Shown piece by piece: positions 54,337 to 61,047 of a stretch of 64,000 bases of DNA (positions are counted from its first letter, which is position 1; each line of letters opens with the position of its first letter). The notes below the pieces were generated by a model. It did no database searches, was not told the origin of the DNA, and saw nothing but the letters and a program-made list of their open reading frames with translations. Origin of the DNA: a virus. Position numbers and translations under genes: made by a program. The DNA lies in the IMG/VR virus record IMGVR_UViG_3300016657_000126, positions 24,885-88,884 of that record, one strand, 5' to 3'.

Positions 54337-54891
54337 CCGGGACTTAAAACTGCAGATCATACTTATGTTTGATTCGCTGGTGTTGAATTGACTGGCCAGT
54401 AATTTTATGGACGTGCGCTGCTCGGCGCGCTGTCGTCGAATTGAATCAATCTCCGCATCCGACAGCTTGTGGAAGTGAGGCTTCTTTTTTCGCGGAGGTT
54501 TACGCGTGTAAACGCGACGTGCTGCGTAGAGCCTACCCTGCTCACGCTTGATTTCCGGATACTGCTGATCGAACGCTCGCAGCTTTGTGCGGCAATCGTT
54601 CAGGTTGTCCGCCTGCGTTCCGAGGCTGAGATGCGCGGGGTTCACACAGGCCCTACAGTCGCAAGAATGCATCACCACCATACCTGCAGGCACGGGGCCT
54701 TTGTGCGCAGCGTAGGCCGCTCGGTGCGCGCGATGCAATTTTCCGCCAACAGATATAAGGGCGTATCCGTGCGAGCGTGCACCGTCTAAAACAAGACAGC
54801 TACCGTGAGGTGACACGCGCGCCGCTAGGCGCGAGACCACATCAGCTGCTGTGGTCTCGCTAAACGAAAGCGCTGGATAATGCTCACGCAT
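54244..54891 (-). CDS. HNH homing endonuclease fused to the displaced original 3' end of the upstream gene
   Basis: GYALI...RAHRAAY...VMHSCDCRACVNPAHLSLGTQADN; start ATG 54891; last ~30 aa duplicate 54884..54976. Confidence 0.88.
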   Translation of the reverse strand: MREHYPALSFSETTAADVVSRLAARVSPHGSCLVLDGARSHGYALISVGGKLHRAHRAAYAAHKGPVPAGMVVMHSCDCRACVNPAHLSLGTQADNLNDCRTKLRAFDQQYPEIKREQGRLYAARRVYTRKPPRKKKPHFHKLSDAEIDSIRRQRAEQRTSIKLLASQFNTSESNISMICSFKSRKAPVFMVTTNNEIPMEKSEKKSRRGKLQDA

Positions 54892-55360
54892 CTTCGAGCT
54901 TCCCGCGACGAGACTTCTTATCCGAAGTCTCCATGGGTATTTCGTTATTTGTGGTAACCACAAAAACCGGCACCTTCGTGCGAACCCAGACCTGCTGCTC
55001 CTTGAAGTGTTTCGCGGGGACGTTCTCAATGGCGTCGGCCATGGTTTTGGCCGGCATCATGCGTCCCTTCTTGGTCGTGTTGAACTCGTAGGCGGCCTTG
55101 TGAATGCGCTCGGGCGCGCTGGTCACGGAGGCGTCCTCGGGGATCTGCAGCACCCAGCCGGTGAATTCGCCGGAGGGCAGCTTGCCGTCCGGGTCGGAGA
55201 TCAGGATGGAGAACTGCTTTTTGACCGCGGGTGGCTTTTCTTCGTCGACCTCGGGCTGCGCCATGAGGTTGAGCTCTTCGATGATCTGACACAGGAGCGC
55301 CGGATCGAGATCTTTCCGTTTAAGAACTTCGGCTACTTTATCGACTTTGACTTTAGACAT
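54884..55360 (-). CDS. conserved hypothetical protein, recalled as Opitutae-like
   Basis: KKQFSILISDP...GWVLQIPED...AAYEFNTTKKGR...AIENVPAKHFKE. Confidence 0.8.
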   Translation of the reverse strand: MSKVKVDKVAEVLKRKDLDPALLCQIIEELNLMAQPEVDEEKPPAVKKQFSILISDPDGKLPSGEFTGWVLQIPEDASVTSAPERIHKAAYEFNTTKKGRMMPAKTMADAIENVPAKHFKEQQVWVRTKVPVFVVTTNNEIPMETSDKKSRRGKLEDA

Positions 55361-55577
55361 GCTTGGACAGGTTGATGAGTTTTAGGGATGCACGGACGTG
55401 ACCTATGTTTTCCTTGGCTTCTGCTTCCAGGACCGCTGCGCCGGCTTCGATCATCGCGGCGCGCACACTCGGCGCCACAACTTTCGCCAGCATCCGAGCT
55501 TCGCGCACAGATAGGTTCTGCGAGCGCACTACCGACGACAGCGAGAGCGTCGCTTTTATCCTTGGTGCGGCTGCCAT
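55353..55577 (-). CDS. small hypothetical protein
   Basis: Overlaps neighbours. Confidence 0.5.
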   Translation of the reverse strand: MAAAPRIKATLSLSSVVRSQNLSVREARMLAKVVAPSVRAAMIEAGAAVLEAEAKENIGHVRASLKLINLSKHV

Positions 55578-55580
55578 GCG

Positions 55581-56387
55581 TTACGACTTGGCGATCGCAC
55601 CGAACTCCACGCAGAGCTTCGCGAACTCTGCCCGACTGCCCGGAATCTGAGCATACTGATTCGCCCCTTCCCGCGTTTCACGGAAAAGCAGCGTGATGCC
55701 TGGGCGCATCGCACTCTCCGAGAGGTAGGCGTAGAAACGCTTGTGCTCGCAGTAGACCTCACCCGAGCAGGCGATTCCAGCTGGATTCGCCGACACCCGA
55801 GTCTCGGACGTAGGCCAGTTGTTGTGCTTGGCCATCTTCCTCCAGAACAATTCGGCATGCTCCAGGAACAACGCCTTTCCGTCAGCATTGTATCCGAGCG
55901 GGACGGTTTTCCGGAGTGTGCGTAGCACGGCGGTCAGGGACGGCTCCTTGACCTTCATTCCTTTCGGCACCCACACAGGTCGCGTGGCGCTGGTGACTTT
56001 CAACCCCTCCATGAACCCACCCTTGAATCGGCAGTTCGTTTCCGCCGTGATCTCGGCCTCGAACTGCGCAGGTGTCATCCGGCGCCACTCCTGGAATCTC
56101 GCGAGCGTCGCGCGGTAGAGACGCTCGTCGATGCCGCCGCTACCCTGACACAGAAGCCCGTCGACAATCACCTGGCCGGCGTCCAAGTCGACGATCGCCA
56201 CGCCATTCTGCTCGGGGGCCGTCCATCCGCCCGGGCTGTAGGCGGTGTAGGCCATCACGCGGAAGTGCCGCTGATGCGGCAGCCCTGCGACAGAGAAGTC
56301 TAGGTTATGATCGAAGCACAGTCCCATGTAAGGGCGTGCGTCGTGGGAGGTGGATTGCGGAACCTCCAGTGTTTCTGTTTTCGGCAT
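55581..56387 (-). CDS. hypothetical two-domain phage protein
   Basis: RVMAYTAY...EQNGV and RVSANPAGIACSGEV motifs. Confidence 0.75.
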   Translation of the reverse strand: MPKTETLEVPQSTSHDARPYMGLCFDHNLDFSVAGLPHQRHFRVMAYTAYSPGGWTAPEQNGVAIVDLDAGQVIVDGLLCQGSGGIDERLYRATLARFQEWRRMTPAQFEAEITAETNCRFKGGFMEGLKVTSATRPVWVPKGMKVKEPSLTAVLRTLRKTVPLGYNADGKALFLEHAELFWRKMAKHNNWPTSETRVSANPAGIACSGEVYCEHKRFYAYLSESAMRPGITLLFRETREGANQYAQIPGSRAEFAKLCVEFGAIAKS

Positions 56388-56388
56388 G

Positions 56389-58209
56389 CTAGTTTAGCGC
56401 GGCGGGGCACCGCAGCGCTTGGATGATGTCGGGTCGCTGCGACACGGCTGCGGCGGTCAGCGCTCGCACCATGTTGACGGGGACCCCGTTTCCGATTCCT
56501 GCGATGGCCTGCGTCTTCGTTCCGACGAACTGGTAGTCGTCAGGCAGGCCCTGCGCGGCGGCGAGCTCCTTGACCATGAACATGCGGAAGAGGATATCGA
56601 TCTCGGCCGAGTATTTTCCTACGTGAAGGATGGGGCGGCCTTTGCCTCCGGGAGCCAAGCCGTTGAGCTCAAGGATGACCTCCCCGCTCCCCTCGAGCGC
56701 CTTCATCTTGTAGGAGACTATCGCGCTGTCTCCTCGAGTGCCGGCCACCGTCGGTATCGGCTGCTTAACCGAGCGCACGCGCGACCGGTCGGCGCCGGAA
56801 TACGCGGTCTGCACTACGCAGTGAGTGACCGCGTGCCGCTCCTTCGTGGTGATCGCGCCGATCGGTGTGTGCGCGCTCAAAGGAGCGCCTACGCTGGACT
56901 GGTTGTCGATCGTGGTCACGAACGTCGTCTGCAGCCCGAACCGAGACTTCGATGTGACGGTGTCGAGCGGGCGGTTGGTTCCGACCGCCGTGCCGGTTCC
57001 GTAGAACTTCACCACGTTGGTGGACATGAGCCCGTGGTGCTGCCCGCCGGCCTCGATAGTCGACACCGGAGCTTTCAGCGACTCCACAGTCGACGTTCCC
57101 TTGAACCGCACCACGGCCAGAGCTTCGGCGCCTGTCTGCGTGAGCGGGCTCACCGGGTCCTTGACCGACTTCACCGGAGCACCGCCCTGCTGTTGCGGTA
57201 GGATGAATGGCACGTGCTTCGCCAAAATATCGGGGTCGTTCCGCTCCAGAAGCGGGCGGATGACGAAGCGCTCGAAGCCGATGAGAATCCGGCGGAGCGT
57301 CTTCGGCGCCAGCGGCTTTGGGCGCTCGAAAATCGACTTACCTAGATTGCTGTGATCGATGATGTCCCAGGCTGTGCGCCAGGGAAGCAACCCTTCTGGA
57401 ACGCTACCATCCGGCCCCGGCTGCGCATGCGTGGGTTTCGGCCACACGATCTTGAAACCGCGGTCGCGCTTGGCGAACTGGATGAACAGCCGCTTGCGCG
57501 TCGTCGCGTCACCGTAATCGGCCGCGACGAACACCTTTGCCTCGGCGTCGTAACCCATGGCGCGTGCCGCATCCAGCCACTGGTTGAACAGCTCGCCTAG
57601 CCGCGTCTTGTCCTGCACGAGGCACACCTCGTAGCCCTCCTGCGCCAGCAGCGAGCACCAGAACACGAAGTCCATGTTTCCCTGCGGAATCGGAACGTCC
57701 GTCGTAGTGACTTTTCTCTTACCGATTTTACGTTGGAAAACGAACTTCCCCGTGCGCTTGTCGCGCTTCGGTATGAGATGCGTCCACTGACGAAACTCCG
57801 GCACGTTCTCGACGATGACGACGTCGGTGTCCGTTACACGCATCCACTCCAGGATCTCTTCGGGACCTACGCGGTCCTCCTTGTCGATCGGAACTCCGCC
57901 CTTGGCCGCCGAGTGCGTGCGACAGCTGGGAGAGCCCCAACCGAACAGCGCCTTGCGACCACCGAATAGTTTAGACGGATGAGCATCCGGGTCTTGGACG
58001 CTCATCCGCTTGAACTCGTGCTCGGGGTGGTTCTGCTTGCTGGTGGCGACGGCGTTCTCCTTGTGGTTGATGCCGATCGAGAATCCGCCGTGGAGGCCCA
58101 GCAACTTGAACGCCTGCTCGACACCCGTTCCGGCGCAGGAGATTCCGCAGAACAGGTCCCACCGGTTGGCGGGCGCAGCCGGAAACGGCAACTTAACTTT
58201 CCGACTCAT
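56389..58209 (-). CDS. DNA (cytosine-5) methyltransferase, long variable region, atypical motif I
   Basis: DLFCGISC (motif I), SPSC (IV), ENVPEF (VI), TRKRLF (VIII), ELAAAQGLP (IX), IGNGVP (X). Confidence 0.9.
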   Translation of the reverse strand: MSRKVKLPFPAAPANRWDLFCGISCAGTGVEQAFKLLGLHGGFSIGINHKENAVATSKQNHPEHEFKRMSVQDPDAHPSKLFGGRKALFGWGSPSCRTHSAAKGGVPIDKEDRVGPEEILEWMRVTDTDVVIVENVPEFRQWTHLIPKRDKRTGKFVFQRKIGKRKVTTTDVPIPQGNMDFVFWCSLLAQEGYEVCLVQDKTRLGELFNQWLDAARAMGYDAEAKVFVAADYGDATTRKRLFIQFAKRDRGFKIVWPKPTHAQPGPDGSVPEGLLPWRTAWDIIDHSNLGKSIFERPKPLAPKTLRRILIGFERFVIRPLLERNDPDILAKHVPFILPQQQGGAPVKSVKDPVSPLTQTGAEALAVVRFKGTSTVESLKAPVSTIEAGGQHHGLMSTNVVKFYGTGTAVGTNRPLDTVTSKSRFGLQTTFVTTIDNQSSVGAPLSAHTPIGAITTKERHAVTHCVVQTAYSGADRSRVRSVKQPIPTVAGTRGDSAIVSYKMKALEGSGEVILELNGLAPGGKGRPILHVGKYSAEIDILFRMFMVKELAAAQGLPDDYQFVGTKTQAIAGIGNGVPVNMVRALTAAAVSQRPDIIQALRCPAALN

Positions 58210-58496
58210 TCTTTGCGAGCGATCTGCTGGGCCGCGGCTGCGGTGATGGCGGTGGCTTCGTCCTCAGAGAGTGCGTCGGACTGCACGCTCAGATTTTTGA
58301 CCACCGACAAGTGATCGCCCGCGAAACGCGGTTTGTCGGTGAGGATCTGAGGCGCGGACGGGTCACACAGCTCCTGCTCATCGCCGATGACGAGCATGGT
58401 GTCCGGAGGCAGCGCGTTGCGTAGAGCCTCGGACATGTAGGCGCCGTGGAACGCGCCTCCTTGCATGTCCAGGAAAAGGACTTTTGGTTTGTTCAC
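58206..58496 (-). CDS. hypothetical protein
   Basis: Start moved to GTG 58496; between the Dcm and PAPS-reductase-like genes. Confidence 0.55.
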   Translation of the reverse strand: MNKPKVLFLDMQGGAFHGAYMSEALRNALPPDTMLVIGDEQELCDPSAPQILTDKPRFAGDHLSVVKNLSVQSDALSEDEATAITAAAAQQIARKE

Positions 58497-58500
58497 TTTG

Positions 58501-59469
58501 TCAGAAGGAATTGGATACGCAGTGCCCGTGGGACATGCGGTATTCTTCAAGTTGTTCATCCGTCAGGTGTCCATGCTTAGTCTGCGCCAGCTTCAGCTCC
58601 TCGGGCAGCGAGCGCTTCCCGAACACACCCAGGTTCTTTTCTTCGGAGCGGCCGAGCTCGCGATATTTCTTCTTTTTGGCCTCTTCGATCTCGACCCACT
58701 CGGCGAAGGCCTTCGGGTGGTTTCTGGATAGCCACAGCAACTCCACCGGACCGCGGAAATGACAGCGCAGGCAGTTCGAAGGAACCGGGACGGGTAGGCC
58801 GAGGCGACGCATGACGGACTGGCTTTCGGCCCGGTTCCAATTCGTCTTCGGGTCGTCGATTAGCGGAAACAGCGGGACGAAGTTGTTTCTCCGCCAGGCC
58901 GGAAGCGCCTTCGGATTCTGCATCGTCGCGCGGGTCTTCGCGGCGCGCCCCTCTTCCCCGCGCGCGAACCCGAGGATGATGCCTATGCGCTGTTTGGTGC
59001 GCGCGAAGTAGTTGTCGAACACCTTGCGCGCAGGCTCCCCGCGCGCACCGCCGATGATAGAAGCCAGCGCGCGGTAAAAGGGGCCGATTTTAACATTATC
59101 TGTGCAAGTCCTTGAAAATAACTTAGATCCGAAAGAACTGTTGCGCCGGTATTGGTGGATGATCGACATCCAGGCCTCGGAGTGAAATCCGCTGATGACC
59201 CAGCTGGCGTTACCGAAACGCTCGGGGAAGGCGGTGACCCAAAGGAACAGGATCTTCTTCTTTTCCGCGTATTCAGCACACCACTTCAAATGCGCGTAGG
59301 TCTCGGGGTGCTCATCGCCCGTGTCGCAGCCGACCACGATGAGCGTGCCCGGCGCCCAGCGCGCGCGGAACTCGGCGTCCTCTGCCAGCAGGTAGAATAG
59401 GAGGGTGCTTTCTTGGCCGGCGCCGAATGAGAGGACAGTCAGGTCCCGCGGAGCTTCTTCACTGTTCAC
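58501..59469 (-). CDS. PAPS-reductase (adenine nucleotide alpha-hydrolase) family protein
   Basis: VLSFGAGQES (PP-loop), DTGDEHPETY, CT...KI, GFARGE..R, PVPSNCLRCHF; start GTG 59469. Confidence 0.85.
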   Translation of the reverse strand: MNSEEAPRDLTVLSFGAGQESTLLFYLLAEDAEFRARWAPGTLIVVGCDTGDEHPETYAHLKWCAEYAEKKKILFLWVTAFPERFGNASWVISGFHSEAWMSIIHQYRRNSSFGSKLFSRTCTDNVKIGPFYRALASIIGGARGEPARKVFDNYFARTKQRIGIILGFARGEEGRAAKTRATMQNPKALPAWRRNNFVPLFPLIDDPKTNWNRAESQSVMRRLGLPVPVPSNCLRCHFRGPVELLWLSRNHPKAFAEWVEIEEAKKKKYRELGRSEEKNLGVFGKRSLPEELKLAQTKHGHLTDEQLEEYRMSHGHCVSNSF

Positions 59470-60124
59470 AGAGTAGGGGAATCTTTTTGCTGATGGCGTC
59501 CACCCAGCCAGCGGCCGTCGGAACGAGGAATGTCCAGTAGCGCTTGTCGGCCTTCGCCTGCGCCTGCTCATTGATCAGACAGCGGACTTTGAAGTCGATG
59601 TCGAACATATGGTCGACGCCGGGTATCTCGCCGTCGCGCAGAGCGGACATTGCCTCCGCGAGCGTTGCCCGCTTTACGCGCTTGGCCTCCGTCCCGTTCC
59701 AGATGTGCACGACAATTCCGTCGGGGTCCTTTGTGACGTGTGATACGACGTAGTCGAACTCCACCTCGACGCGACCTCCGGCGCGCGGCTTGAAGTCGCG
59801 CTTGGCCGCAGCCAGAAACTTCTCGAACGAGTCGAAGCGATGGATGGGGTAGCGCTTGAACCAGTTGAATGAGAAGCAGCCCACCTCGAGCGCAGCGAAC
59901 GATTTCGCCTTTGGCATGACAGCGGCGGGCTTCACCTTAAAGTCCCAGTCGGCGCGAGGCGAAGAATCGCCTAAACCACCGCTCGGCTTGTCGAACTTCA
60001 CCACGATCGTGGCGACCAACGCTCTCACAGTCCATGGATGCCGGTAGGCATCCTCAAGAGTAGCGTGCTCAGAGAAGCCGTTGCCGGCGAAACTGAGCAC
60101 GCTACGACGCGATTTTTGCAGCAT
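59459..60124 (-). CDS. hypothetical protein
   Basis: 221 aa ORF overlapping the downstream gene. Confidence 0.7.
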   Translation of the reverse strand: MLQKSRRSVLSFAGNGFSEHATLEDAYRHPWTVRALVATIVVKFDKPSGGLGDSSPRADWDFKVKPAAVMPKAKSFAALEVGCFSFNWFKRYPIHRFDSFEKFLAAAKRDFKPRAGGRVEVEFDYVVSHVTKDPDGIVVHIWNGTEAKRVKRATLAEAMSALRDGEIPGVDHMFDIDFKVRCLINEQAQAKADKRYWTFLVPTAAGWVDAISKKIPLLCEQ

Positions 60125-60129
60125 TAAAT

Positions 60130-61047
60130 TTGGCGGGTCACCCGCCGATTGACACAGAGTTTTTGACCACCGAGTATTGTTTCGTGTTTAACGAACTCAT
60201 AGCCATCAGTGCGCTACGCTTTGCTTTCGCCGCGAAGCTGCCGGAGGGGCTCACAAGGCCCGGGATCTATGCGATCAGGCACATACCCAGCGGCCGGATT
60301 TACATCGGGTCTGGGTGCGGCGTGAACGGGATCCGTGCGCGCTTCTACAGTCACCGCAAGACGCTGGAAGCTGGAAGGCACAAAAATAAAATCCTTCAGA
60401 ACTTCTACGACAAATACGGCGCCGCTACGTTCGAGTTTGTTGTAGTCGGTTTATGCGAGCGCGCCAAAGCACGCGCACTGGAGACTGAGGCGATTCGCGG
60501 GGTTGGTTCAATCCATCCGAGAGGATTCAACATAAATCCGGAGGGCATCGAAAAGTGGGGACAGCGACTTTCTGATAGCACCAAGAAACACCTAGCGCGA
60601 ATTAACCAAAAACCGTTCCGCCTACAGTTCGGTGAAAAAGTGTTCGAAGGCGAAAACCTCACCCAATTCTGCCGCGAGCGCGGTTTGCATCAGGGGGCGA
60701 TGACCCAAGTTAATCTGGGGAAGAAGCATCAATTCAAGGGGTGGACGCGCGCGGGGGAACGCGTGCGCCACAGCCTAGTGATAGGCCCGGACAATATGCT
60801 CCACGAGATCCCGCACCATCGCATGGCGGAGTTCGCGAGAAAGCACGGCATCCGACCTGGAAGTTTCACTCAGTTGTGTGGTGGACGTCTACGTTACCTC
60901 AAGGGGTGGCGCAGCGCATTGCGTGAGACGACACACGCGGAGGCGCTGGAATACGTCGGGCTGAATAAGGCAGACGTAGCTCGAAAAAACGGAGTCAGGA
61001 GCCGAATTCGATTTCGTCGTCCGGATCAATCTTTCCCTGCTCAATAG
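60130..61047 (+). CDS. GIY-YIG homing endonuclease with two C-terminal KGW-type DNA-binding repeats (true start probably near 60184 or later)
   Basis: PGIYAIRH...RIYIGS...ARFYSH...L..G.H.N..LQ..Y; repeats ending QFKGW and YLKGW; opposite strand to neighbours. Confidence 0.92.
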   Translation: MAGHPPIDTEFLTTEYCFVFNELIAISALRFAFAAKLPEGLTRPGIYAIRHIPSGRIYIGSGCGVNGIRARFYSHRKTLEAGRHKNKILQNFYDKYGAATFEFVVVGLCERAKARALETEAIRGVGSIHPRGFNINPEGIEKWGQRLSDSTKKHLARINQKPFRLQFGEKVFEGENLTQFCRERGLHQGAMTQVNLGKKHQFKGWTRAGERVRHSLVIGPDNMLHEIPHHRMAEFARKHGIRPGSFTQLCGGRLRYLKGWRSALRETTHAEALEYVGLNKADVARKNGVRSRIRFRRPDQSFPAQ

